From Paraphysomonas bandaiensis (taxonomy: Eukaryota; Protista; Chrysophyceae): a DNA stretch of 64,000 nucleotides. How positions within the stretch are numbered: the first letter of the stretch is position 1; each line of letters opens with the position of its first letter. A program made the position numbers and the translations under genes. This document shows positions 45,560 to 57,770 of the stretch, piece after piece. The stretch is taken from positions 1 through 64,000 of the forward strand of contig CBFFRP010000110.1 of NCBI GenBank assembly GCA_965644295.1, in the 5' to 3' direction. The notes beneath the pieces were generated by a model that had not been told where the DNA came from, made no database searches, and saw nothing but the letters and a program-made list of their open reading frames with translations.

Positions 45560-45990
45560 ATGTATGGGATGTGTGCCAAGTATACTGCACTTCTGATCTT
45601 ACTGAAATATTTACGGAACTTCCAATGTACTAGGCAATAGGCAACAATTCCACTTTGATATTCTACTACAGAAATTAAAGAGCAAAGGATGTGGAAACCG
45701 CTTATCGAATGTGTTAGTCCTGGTCAAGACGTCTATGTAGATCTCAGATCATGGGGAGCAGACTTTGGCGGTTTACTTTTCTTACCAGAGTGCCGTCACA
45801 ACTCAAATGTAGTTTCAAGTCACCACAAGCACTGGACAGGAAAATTGCACCTACCTATTGATATTTATTGCCCATTATCTTCACATATATGAGTGGAGAG
45901 CTCGAATAAATAATAGTGTGATTATTCTGATGATTGAGTTCTAGTTCATAATACATGGGATCTGCTACGTGTTGAATGAAAGTGAATGAC
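45560..45990 (+). mobile_element. Possible degenerate LTR-retrotransposon 3' fragment
   Basis: VSPGQDVYVDLRSWG resembles the VG(D/Q)xV SH3-like region after gypsy integrase. Surrounded by stops. Confidence 0.3.
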
Positions 45991-46198
45991 GAAGCAGAAT
46001 ATTCAAAATTGCTACCAGCTTCAATAATCAGAGCTTCAATAATACTTGAGAAGATATGGGAAGAGTCAAACTAATACTATTATTAAGATTATTGGAATTA
46101 CAAGATAGTGCTGGCAAAAACAGTAGATGAATAAAAGAAGTCCTATTCAAGTAAAAGTTAGTTTTGCTATTGCACGTGTAGATTGTACAAACTAATAA

Positions 46199-46314
46199 CA
46201 ACGAGACATCTCATATAGCTACGCTTATTTAAATCTAAGATCTACTAACATTATATATGACAACGAGACTTCTGATATAGCTACGCTTATTTAAATCTAA
46301 GATCTACTAACATT
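46199..46314. repeat. Two-copy direct repeat, period 62 bp
   Basis: CAACGAGAC.TCT.ATATAGCTACGCTTATTTAAATCTAAGATCTACTAACATT at 46199 and 46261. Confidence 0.85.
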
Positions 46315-46866
46315 GTATTGATTGGAGTTAAGTAACGTCTGTGTTAATTGTCAATGAATGATGAGACAGACATAATAATATATAGGAATTATGTTGATTA
46401 TAATTTTACTATATACTTAATAATTCAACATTCAGTTATTGATAAAGCGTACCCACATCCTAAATGTCAAAAAATGTTGATAAACGTAAACTTTTCTTAT
46501 CGTTAGAAAGAGGTGTATTGTGTATATTTAGAACTGTTGGTGAAAAAAAAGTTAAACTTTCTTTCTTCGTTAAAAAGCAGATTACGAATGCCTCCTTGCA
46601 AGTTATTACGTGTGGTCAAACGGCTCTGCTACCAGAAAGGATTTATGTCTCACGATGGTCCTCTCCTTCTGCTCAAGTGGTTGCGTATAAAAGATCCTGT
46701 ATAAAGAATCACTTGTGTAGACGTCTTTGGACCTTGACGAATAAACAGGCATCCGGGAATGGACCAGCCTAATAAAGAATTGATCTTTATAGTAGTAAAA
46801 CAATGTTGTGATTATTAGAATGTAAGTAATGAACACGATAGAGTGAAAATTATGAATAACAATATA

Positions 46867-48531
46867 TTGAATGTCTGATTATTTAGCAATAGGCGTTGAA
46901 AGCCTGCACCAATTAGTGGCTAGAAGAATGCTAGTCATACTAGTTAGACTACTACCCGTAACTAATCAATACAAACTCTTTTATCCTACTATTTAACGCT
47001 ACAGAAGCTGCTTGTGCGTCGCCGCAAGCACCAAGGTGCAACCACTTCCGTTCTTAGTGTGTGTTATGAGGCTCGCCATGATCGTGTGTCCTGGGACTCA
47101 CCGGCGCGTGTGATCTGGAGGTCTCCTCTTGGGATGAGACTCCACTCGCTATATGATAGATAGCCTTTTGTACCTCACGGGGACTGACTTATTAGCCTTA
47201 TGGCAGTTAGGGGAAACAGTAATATGCCCTTCTGAGATTGGCGATCTGGTGGCCTTCCTTTAGGCATTGTTCCAAGTGGCTCGGAGGTATGTGGATGAAG
47301 GTCTTGCAAAAGGTTATGGCCTACTGTGAAGAAGCGTCGAAATCGGCTCTTTTGCTGTCTTAGCCAGCGGTAGAGAACACATGCAAGAGGGTGTATAGCT
47401 GTACAGGGGTGGGATGTGAGGGTCATCCGGTGTGTCCAGCTACAGGGAGTCGAGAGGGAGTGTGATGGTGCAAGAGAGGCAACATCTGATTGAGGAGAGT
47501 GAGACTGCGCAACAGAACAAGAGTCACTGAGGTCGAGTACTCTGATAGACCTATGCACGAGATGATCGTGATGATGATGATGGTCTGGAGGAGACACTCG
47601 GACGTCCTCGGCTGCCCTTGTTAGTGTCTGTGTTGGTGCAGGGGGGTACAGGCTGAGGCATAGAGAGTGTGTGGAAGGAAGATGACGGCAAGGTATCAGA
47701 GACGAAGGGAGAGGCGATAGTTTGTCTGGGGGTTTTCTAGGAGGAGGTAGAGTGTACTGTGTGTGTGTATGACACTGCAGTGGTGTTATGAGTGTGTTGG
47801 ACAGAGAGAGAGAGCTGGTGATGTGTCCAACAGTACAGGTATACAGGTACATGGACATGGTGATGTGTCCAACAGCAGTAGAGGTATACACGGAATGGTA
47901 TACATCCTGTAGGACACAGTAGTACAGTAGTCGAGTATACCGTATGCGGAATACAGTGTCTATCCAATGAGATGGATGGGCTGTGGGGGTGATAGGTGAA
48001 CAGGGTGAGGGGGTAGGCTGCTGGGTGGATGGACCACAGACAAACCATGTTGGGTTGGGCTGGGTTGTCGTCAGGAGACGGCCCTGTTGTGCAGTGGAGA
48101 GGTGTCGAGAGGAGACAGGGGTTGCAGAGAAGGTACATGGGGGCCGTTTGCGTGGATCTGCTCGCACGAGCCATGCTGTAAGTGGTTGTATCCGTAGAGA
48201 ACCGTGTAGGAGACGAAGGTGTCTCCTTAGGTGATAGCATATGCATGCGGTCAGCGCTGCATTGGTGCAGGCACGTTGTTTAACTGAAGTAGTTGAGTAG
48301 GGTGAAGGTTGCAAGGCCAGGCAGGGGGGCTTGGAGCGTGTACAACATGGTGTGACAGGTAATTTGTCGGAAGCGTGGTGGTCAACAAAATGCAGCAGTA
48401 AGGGAGTGTAAATGGCCCTGGGCACACTGATGTGACTCAGCCACGGTCTCAATAGAGACATTGGGCTTGGAGCTGGTTAATAGGGTGAGACTTTATGTTG
48501 GACTGTATTTGCCATCGTAGGGCAGAGAATA
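46867..48531 (-). mobile_element. Long (1.67 kb) copy B of the retroposon family: C/A-rich body plus structured 3' module, 15-bp TSD
   Basis: ATGAATAACAATATA at 46852-46866 and 48532-48546. The 3' module (46867-47050) is homologous to copy A. The body has C/A skew and a low-complexity 428-codon ORF. Confidence 0.8.
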
Positions 48532-48804
48532 ATGAATAACAATATAGAACGTACTATCATGCACAACGGAATAGTTAGAAGTGTAACTGATAATGACGAC
48601 GTTATGATGACGATCACGTATCTTCGACAGATACTCTCTCTAATTCAGTTCATGGTGTATTTCATTGAACATTATAACTCACAGATACAATCATGTATTA
48701 AGCTGAATCCTAATAAGCCTCAAGGGCATCCGGAGTATTGGGCTGCCTACTGAAGTCAAGCATCCGGTCTAGTTTCTAGTTCACCTAAAGAGGAAAGAGA
48801 GCAA

Positions 48805-48934
48805 AGTTGTTGCTCCTTGGTGCTTGCGTAACGCCAAATAGTAGGATATCAAAGTTAAGGACTAGTTAATTAAATTATTTTGCTATATTAGAGCTCTGAC
48901 TCTTACACGCCTATTGCTAATAATCAGACATTCA
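48805..48934 (+). mobile_element. Degenerate short copy C of the retroposon 3' module
   Basis: TTGCTCCTTGGTGCTTGCG, AAATAGTAGGATA and ACGCCTATTGCTAATAATCAGACATTCA occur in the same order as in copies A/B. No clear TSD. Confidence 0.65.
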
Positions 48935-49240
48935 CTCCTAAATAACGATACTACCATAGTGCAATAGTATTGTGGGGTCGGTTCAAACTCCATCAATATT
49001 ATTGGTGACATGCTACCTAACAATAGTATTGCAATATATTGTTCCTTAGCCCTGCTTCATTCAATATCATGAGCATGTATTAACGTCAGTTCACGGTAAA
49101 TTCACCAATTGGCTATAATAGTGATGAAAAACTCATGCAGCAGCAATGCCAGCGACAACTTTAAACGTTTTTGAACAGACTGGAATTGAAAGTATATGTG
49201 ATATTAGACTTGGTATCGCTTATTTACCCACCATAAAAAA

Positions 49241-52200
49241 TTATGCAATATATAAGGATGCGGCAAACACGATATCCCTTTTAATACATTGAGATGTCGC
49301 TTCCATTTTGCGGTATAAGGAAGGATTTCCAACAACTCTTGCAGCATTCCTAAAATCCTTGCACAGCTCGTCCAATCGTGTTATAGTCCGCACAATACTA
49401 CCTTCGTGAGTCACTGTCATATCCGTAATGTCTTTGAAAGGAACACCTCTAGCCCACTCGTAGACAACAGCTGACAGTCCAAAATTTAGTCCGGTGGCAC
49501 TATCTCCACCACTTTTTCCGAGCTTTACATCCAAATGATATTGTTCCTGGATAAGTTGGAGTGATTTCGAAATATTCAGTGCCTGTTCCCGGGCGAACTC
49601 TAGTCTCGAAGTTAAAGCACAGTCGTCATTATTCTTTTCCTTACAAACACAATATCAATATATGCACAATTTAAAAACATAGTATTCGATAACCTGAAAA
49701 ACAAGTGCAGCCAACAGGGCAGCAACTTCAGGTGGATTTAGTGGTTCCAGTACGTTAAAAAAAAGCATCTCAGTGGCTAGTAGCTCATCGCATGTACTGA
49801 TTTCGCACGCTACCCTTCCTTTAAGGGTGACAGTTCGTCTGTATATAACAATGAGTAATATTATATAAGTACTATGCTACATACCCATTCTCTTTATCAA
49901 CGTATCCCAGATGCTGTAATACCTTTAGACGCTGTTGGAAGTCAGGAAACAACGAAAGACTGGCGCTGGATGAATAGTACTTTAGCGCTGCCATCTGAGT
50001 ACACACATATTACTGAGTACTAGAAGATTTAATTTAATTTCCATTAGCATTCACAAACCTTGGTCTTCAATCTATGTATTTTTGCTTGTCTACTGTAAAC
50101 TTCTACAAAGCCGTCTTCTTTAATGTAAGCACGAAGACCATCAGCATCACGCTGCAACATGTTCTCCAAATGACGGCGCCAGTATTTACCTTCGTGTGAA
50201 TAAACATAAAAATGTTTACATAATAGATCACATAAAAATTACGCACATTTCAATGCAGTGACAGCAGCAGATGTCATATCTGCCTGTGTTTCAGCAAAAT
50301 TTATGTCACGAATTCCAACTTCTAGCGATATATCCAAAACAGAATGCGCAACTCCTTGACCAAACAAAAAATTATCAGCAATGACATGATTAAACGAGTC
50401 GACAACGTTATTGAACAACTTTCGGTTTTCTGTGTTGTTTTTGGTGGGCACTTTGTTCGTTGTTTTCATTGGTCGGGCCCCCATATAGAAGTCATCACTT
50501 CGTACTGGCAATCGGCTAGTAGAATCACCCAGTGCAGTTTTTGAAGTTGAGGATTTAGACATATCATTAAAAACAAAGGATATATTCACACCAATATCGT
50601 TCAACTGAGAAAATTTTAAAGGCAGATGAACTTTCGACCGCAGAAATAACGATATGTGCCGACAGGAAATTTTATCGACGCAAAAATATTCTGGATTCAT
50701 CGCGCAAGGATCAGTTTCAGCACATTGTTCAGGGTTAAATAATAGCACATAAAGTGACACATTGTCTAATTTAATCGCCTTCGATTCGGCACTTAGAGCT
50801 TTAGTGATCTGTGCCCGAGCACCTTTTAAATCTGAGGACATGCTATCCGGATCGCTGGAGGATTTCATATCAGAAAGAGCAGACCCACTATCATCTGCTA
50901 CAAGCATACCGACACATATGTGTTCTACTTCATTCATATCAGTTCGTTGCACAATAACAACTCTTCCAGGGCACAGAATTTTCTTTAATTCATTGATGCC
51001 TCGAGATTCAAGTACATGTTCCAAAAGTGAGAGGCAATGATGCTGCGCTCTGTACAGAGATTCATGAAACAGTTCGACATCAAGATATATAGGAGTCACA
51101 GTATCATCCACGGTAGCATTATCCGATGACGCACTCTGCTCAAGCTGCATTGCTGTAAGATCAGCAAGAACTTTTTCGTATTTCTTCAACTTTTTGGTAA
51201 CTTCTCCAATCGAGATTGCACGCTGCATATGAAATTCTGAGAAAGATCGCTTTATCATATCTTCTACACTCAAATCATTGGCTCGTAGCAAGTTCAGAAT
51301 CATGTTGTACGTCAGGCGAAACTGTGAAGAGAGCTTTGTCGCTGTGCCTGTGAGAAGAGTTTTCAAAGCAACTTCATTTGGAATATCAGTCCACGCTGCC
51401 ACAATAACTATGCCCACGGAATCTTTTCCTCTTCTACCTGCTCTTCCAGCCATTTGAGTATACTCTCCAGGAAGTAGATCGCGAAATCCCGTGCCGTCGT
51501 GCTTACGGAACCCATTAAACACGACAGACCTGTGGCACATACATATGTGATACATATTTACTGTATGTTTCAACTGACATACCTCGCCGGCATGTTAACA
51601 CCCATTGCAAATGTTTCAGTCGCCAAAAGAACTTTCACTATGGTTTTTGAAAACAACAACTCAACTGATTCCTTTAAAACCGGCAACAGTCCGCCATGAT
51701 GAACCCCAAAACCCCTGAGAAGCATTTCCTCCATTCTTACTACTTGAGGAAGTCGCGCATCTAGTGGATTCAAGCGACTAATCACCTATCATGATACAGC
51801 ATATTACACCTTCTTCTCTAAATGCCAATATACTACCTTGCTCATAATTTTTCGAACCTCAGCTTTTTCGCGAGCACCAATTAAGTCTTGTCCCTTGAAA
51901 AAATCCACTATTTCTTCGCATTTTTTCTTTGAAAAACAAAATATAACAACAGGAAGCAGTCCCCCGCCGTCGCTTTCATCGTCACTGCCCCTAACCTCGA
52001 GCGACTCGTACTCTTTGCGGGTGATTTGACTCCGGATCTCTGTAGGAAGCTGATCGTACCTAAATCATATATTAACTAAGAAATGAATTGTTTTAATCTC
52101 ATCACTTCGTCATATGCGATATTTCCTCTCTAGCTTCAGTACTTTTCATTCCAGCGGCAAACCCAACGCCAAAGTCAATGGCGTCATGACCACCAGAACG

Positions 52201-54560
52201 CTCTCTCCCTCCCTGTCTCAGAATTCGAAGTAAATTAAGCCACTGACCTTTTCCCCCAGCAATATTACCGACTGAAACTGACCGTTGCTGTGATGAACCA
52301 CCACCACGCCCACCACGCCCACCGCCATGCCTCCCAGACAATTTCCCACCACGACCACCACTCGCTTGCATTGCAATAGCGGTCTTCTCAGCCTGCCGCT
52401 GAGAATATGCCGCAGCATTTTCTGCAGATTTTTCCTTAGGTTTCATCTTGTTTCGTTGTTTCTGTACAGCTTGGCTCACAGAGGAAGCATTAAAATGGTT
52501 TTCGGATGACATAAGGCAATACATGTCGTCATCATAGTACATATAATGCTGAAGGGGAACTGGTCGTGTTAATGTAGAAACGACATATATTTTCCGTTGC
52601 TTGGTTCTTCCTGCAAATCAAAATTACTGCCACTGCAATAACACAAATGCCACAATACCAATCCAGTCACTGAACTCCAGCGTATTGGGCGTTGTTGCAG
52701 AGAGAAAAATGAGATTAATTCTGTCAGGGAGCATTATTATAACTTCCTCCCACACAACACCCCTTTCCGAATCATTGACATAATGTACCTCATCAAAAAT
52801 TACCCATTCAATATCACGAATTGTATCCGATCCTCTAATTGTTAGGTTAGTAATAGATAATTAATTCGAACAAAAACACACCTATATAGCATACTACGCA
52901 ATATTTCAGTAGTCATAATAAGGCACGAAGCATCAGGGTTCACGGATACATCACCGGTAATTAACCCGACATCTTCAAATCGGTCACGAAAATCTCTATA
53001 TTTTTGATTTGATAATGCTTTAATGGGTGATGTGTATATAGTTCGGCTCATGTGAGCCTTCGCCATGGCGATAGCATACTCAGCAACAACTGTTTTGCCA
53101 GCAGATGTGTGTGCTGCAACAAAAACACATTCTCGTCTCTCTAAGCGCATCACTGCTTGCTTCTGAAAATAATCGAGCTCAAAAGGGAAAGACATTGCCA
53201 TATGGGGTCTGCAACAAAGTAGTATCGTCAGAATTGTGTACTCAATGTTTCACAGTTACCTCAGAGTTTCGTATTCAGCCTCGGGAAGTGGTGTGGTGGA
53301 GGCCCATTGGTCAGTCGGTGAACTTGAAGGCAGTTTCGACGTATTACGCTGTAAGGAATTAATATTCTTTTCATCCATTGGCACATTCAGAAGACTATCG
53401 ATATCATTATTGCTATCGTTATCAACAACTTCACCACTTTGGTCTACAAAAGAGCCACTGGCAAATAGAGTACCAGTAAGAGGCGACCGGTCAGCCAATT
53501 CTTTTCGCTCATCGTACTCAGTGATAAAACTAAATTCTTCTCTCTCAATACAATATATCGAATCAGCATTTCGCCCAGTAGTCTGATTCTGCTCTGGGTT
53601 CATGTGCGTAGAATCCACCAAATCAGCATCGTCGGCTGCCAACAGATCGTCCAGAGTAAACCGATGCACATCTCCAACGGTTGGTGAGTCCAATTCAACG
53701 GAGGGGGTATATTCGTGTGCTTGATCAGATAGTACTGACGTATGTTCATCTGGGGGTTGCGGGTGATATTCAGCTATACCTTAATAACAATGGTGATGGG
53801 AACAGCGTTGTCAGCTATTAACAAACCTTGTAAATTAGGTGCAGGGAGTAGCTCCCCGACCCATCTAATTCCATCCGTGCAATTTTGAGACGAGAAATTT
53901 TTCAATTTGTCCTGTACACTAGCGTTGTTGTTAACAGCAGGAAGTACAGAAAACCCAGACAGTAAGGTACACTCTCGTGTACTGGTATCGTTGTCATTGA
54001 AAGCTCTTACAGTGCGAAGTAAATATGCCATTCTGGAACAAAAATCACTATCTCTATCACATCCTTTGGACTCCTCACAAGCTCCTTCTATATGTCTTGA
54101 ATCCTGCTTCGATGAAAAATCTCTCAACTTTTCCTGATTTGATCTCACGATAGAGGCGGCATTCATTTCCATTCTTCTCAATTCAACCGCACTCCAAGAG
54201 CTCTTCCCATGAAACAGTTTACACGCATCTTTATGGGGCCTGAGAAATATTTTGCTGCGAGTTGGTAGCGAAGGTATCAATTCAGATGCAAACGACATCC
54301 CACGAGGAACTATGGACGAATTCTCTGGACTACTGGAATAGTGCGCAGATGTCTGCAAAACGCTGCCTGTTTTGTTAACAGTAAAATTGAGCGGATTTAA
54401 GCACAAAAAACGCACCGTACTCATTGACAGAATCTACGAGCGAGCTGTTGACTGATATGGACCGCAACGTGTGCATGACCGGCTTGCAATAGTCGCTCTC
54501 GAGGAGCTGCACATCCCGTCCGACGGATTGTACCTCCAGTAGATTGAAAGGATCTGGCAT
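49241..54560 (-). CDS. SKI2: Ski2 DExH RNA helicase (cytoplasmic exosome cofactor), multi-exon; start approximate
   Basis: [12 protein letters not shown]...[57 protein letters not shown] and [12 protein letters not shown]. The long N-terminal extension and RG-rich insert favour SKI2 over MTR4. Confidence 0.9.
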
Positions 54561-55070
54561 TTCAAACCTGAACAACTTGCAGTAATTATTTCCAGCTGAA
54601 ATAATACTAATATCTATAAGTGATGTGACGAGCGAGGAAAACTACATGTTTAGTTCACTCGTGCAGCTGTGCAGCTGTCTGTGTACACTGTACGCTACGC
54701 ATACTGCTGTAGGAACCAGATACAGAAATGTTGTTTTTGGCACGCGGTTGTGAAAAACAGTCATTTTAGTGCCTCTCATTGACATAACAAGTGGACTTTT
54801 TCATCCCCATAGGTGGTTGTGCCATAAAATAATAAACTCCAGAACTGTATTTTAAAGACTACGATGTGTTGAAAAAATGGAAGCAAAAATAGTAACCCGC
54901 ATAGCAGAGATCAATGTTTCGTAAACAAATTGATAGTCTGGTGGTGGTTGGATACATCCTATGGGTATTGTAGGGCCGAAATGTAATGCGCTACTCTCTT
55001 TTATACTGTCTCATTGATTGAAATATTTTCGAACTATTAGCGTTGCTTATTTATATTCATTCTTTGCAGC

Positions 55071-55598
55071 ATGTTATCTCCAACCACTGTTTCGGACGAA
55101 ATACTATGTGGTAATCGCGTACTTCTACGAGCAATGGGTGAAGAACAAGGAAATTCTACCATAACAGGACAAGTTGTTGAGCTCAAAGATGGCACTGCAT
55201 CAGTTTCGGTCGACGACTCAGGACAAGTTATAAGTGTACCAGTGAAAGATCTAAAAAACTTACCGCGAAGGTTTGCTGGAACCCTAATGAAGTATTCAAC
55301 GAAGGGAATACTGAAGAACTGGAAGGTTCGATATTTCGAAGTTTGGTCCAACACACTGACCTATCGCGAGGAGAATACTCCGACATACAAAGGAGAGTTA
55401 ACTATTACGCCTCAAACTGAAATTGTGAGTTTTGAGTTCAGAACCCCGAGGGAGCAGCCTCCTTTAAAGTATGCATTTGGAATTTTAAATGATGGAAAAG
55501 TTTTTCGTGTGTGTTCGGATGACGCAGAACAAATAGAAGAACTGAAACGAGCCCTTCAAGATGCTATTAATGATTCAGTGATGTACGTACCTCTGTAG
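55071..55598 (+). CDS. Small PH-domain protein with SH3-like N-terminal module
   Basis: AGTLMKYSTKGILKNWKVRYFEV...LTY...KGELTI...C-terminal helix. Confidence 0.75.
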   Translation: MLSPTTVSDEILCGNRVLLRAMGEEQGNSTITGQVVELKDGTASVSVDDSGQVISVPVKDLKNLPRRFAGTLMKYSTKGILKNWKVRYFEVWSNTLTYREENTPTYKGELTITPQTEIVSFEFRTPREQPPLKYAFGILNDGKVFRVCSDDAEQIEELKRALQDAINDSVMYVPL

Positions 55599-56332
55599 TT
55601 ATGTATAAGTATTATAATACCACGCTATTGTTTATATGTACACGAATTGGGATTGTAATGACAGATCGATGATGCAATCAAGCTTAGTGAGGTTATTAGC
55701 TTATTACCAATAGATAAGTATTCAATGCAGCAGTATATGCGTATATGCCTACTATTGTTTACGGCTCTACATACAAATGATAAAACACCGTAACTTCGAG
55801 TCTTAAACCAAGTTATACATTTAGCAGCAATTTTGTGAGGTTGATTAGCGTCGATACCATATGAAACACCACGCAATTCTATGCTAGGTACATTAAGTAT
55901 TATTCACTGTGTTCTTTGCCGATCACTTTAATCCCTAAACGCCTTTTAGAAAGCATTTCTGTGATATGTAAACAAGTAAAAGGCGTTCCAGAATATTAAT
56001 ACAATGCTGCATTTATCTCTACTATAGAATGGTGAACTGTTGACCTAAGCCAATCATGTTAACAATCTACACTCTACAGTAGCTGCCATTAAATATAGCA
56101 GCACGTAAGCTACATCACAATAAAATTAACCACCACTTCTATGATGTTTTCCAATCCTAGCAAAGTATAATCATGACATATTACGTTACGAAAACGAAGC
56201 CAGATAAAAATATTGCCAGCATCACAGATGTCGGCTACAACACGCTTGGAAGAGTTTTTATACGAATATGTATATCATTACGTTGTGCATGAACACTAGT
56301 CGTGTGGATAGATGTACTCCTGATATGTGAAC

Positions 56333-57267
56333 TCAAAAGTCTTCCTCCAAAAACTTGAGCTCATCAATTCTTTGAATTGCGGAATCTTCGGCAATAGCTT
56401 CCCACTCCGAGATCCAACTTGATTGTGATGGGTTATCATCTAAATTATGATATTCAATAAACTACACCGGCTATCCCAATATAGGAACACTCACCTGCAT
56501 GACGTACTTCCTCATCAGATAGAAGTGCAATTCCGGCATGCTCATGGCAGCATAGCAGTCGGCTATCATCGGCAGAGCGAATGCATATCCTAGTTGCTTC
56601 TACAAAGACAATTACAATAGTGGTACAAGATTTATACCCTACCCGAGCTATGTTTATTTGCAGATGGCGCAAGACTTACGGTCCATTCCGCAGCATAGCC
56701 TAAAATGCTTTATCAAGCAAGGCCATTAGATTGAAAGGCTGTACATACTGTTATTCTCAGATAGCTCCAGATCACTAGTCAAAAACATGGGCTTTTCACC
56801 TATTTCCTGTATTGTAACAAATTAACAACATAAAACTATTTTATGATGTTGCATACGCTGCACTGAATTACTACGGTAGCGGGACCATTCGAACTGTCCA
56901 TCTTCAGAAACCTAAGAGAGTGTTAAACAACTATATAGACTTGTATTTCGCACCTCCATAAACTTCCATGACTTTCATAATTTCCTAGGCTAATAGTTTT
57001 ATTAGAAAACGAGCCTACTATTGCAGAGGGCCATGCGCCAAGCACATGAGATCGATCACTTCCGACAGATATTAAGCAATAATGCTCAAAGATGCGTTCT
57101 ACACTATGATCGCGATTACTAGTCAACGATTTGGAAGGCTCGGGGCATATTTTCATAAAAAGCTCTTCTTGCTCTTCACGATATTGTGAAATAACTCTTT
57201 TGATATTTTCTACAGATTTCAGGGCATTAATATCGAGGAAAACGTTTGAGTTCCCACCGTTCTCCAT
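56333..57267 (-). CDS. Hypothetical multi-exon protein
   Basis: ORF segments 56923-57267, 56454-56672 and 56333-56440 are separated by short intron-like gaps. No family recognised. Confidence 0.5.
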
Positions 57268-57770
57268 TTACTTACGCTTCACGAAAGATATAAGAGCAGT
57301 GGAGAGTGGGTGAGATATAAATGAAGTTGGTTATCTAGGCAGTCACCACCACCAAGAATTGCAGTTGAAAACTCTAATTACAATAATATATAATATAAAC
57401 AGCTCACGTCTGCTGCTATCAACTGCTAAAAATCCTCATTATCCAAAGTGAAGCCAAACGGTGCGTATACCATATACCGGTACAGTATATGGTATACTTC
57501 TGTGTATATACCGTCTACTTCCTACTCCTGCGATGCAAAAATACACTCACTGGTACAGTATACAGCAGAGCGCAGGAGTATACAGCCTGCGGAGGCGCAG
57601 TCCAGGCAATCTACAAAGATAGTGATGCAATTCCTGTGAGAGTTCCGTCAAATGAAGAAATAATACTATAGGTTGCGGTAACAGGCAACGACCCTAACAT
57701 TATTCCTATATTGCACATATATTGAGTAGCAGTTCAACCACTGTTCATCGACGATTCCTGGAATTTTACC

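Noticed and set aside
44053-46836. Short ORFs (44053, 44885, 46464 and others) as genes
   Set aside because: No recognisable domains or consistent exon chain. Probably decayed or non-coding sequence.
47175-48461. 428-aa ORF as a host gene
   Set aside because: It lies wholly within a TSD-bounded insertion, and its openness can be explained by C/A skew.
46867-48934. Copies B and C as terminal inverted repeats of a 2-kb DNA transposon
   Set aside because: B has its own 15-bp TSD closing at 48546, and C is much more diverged. They are independent insertions in opposite orientation.
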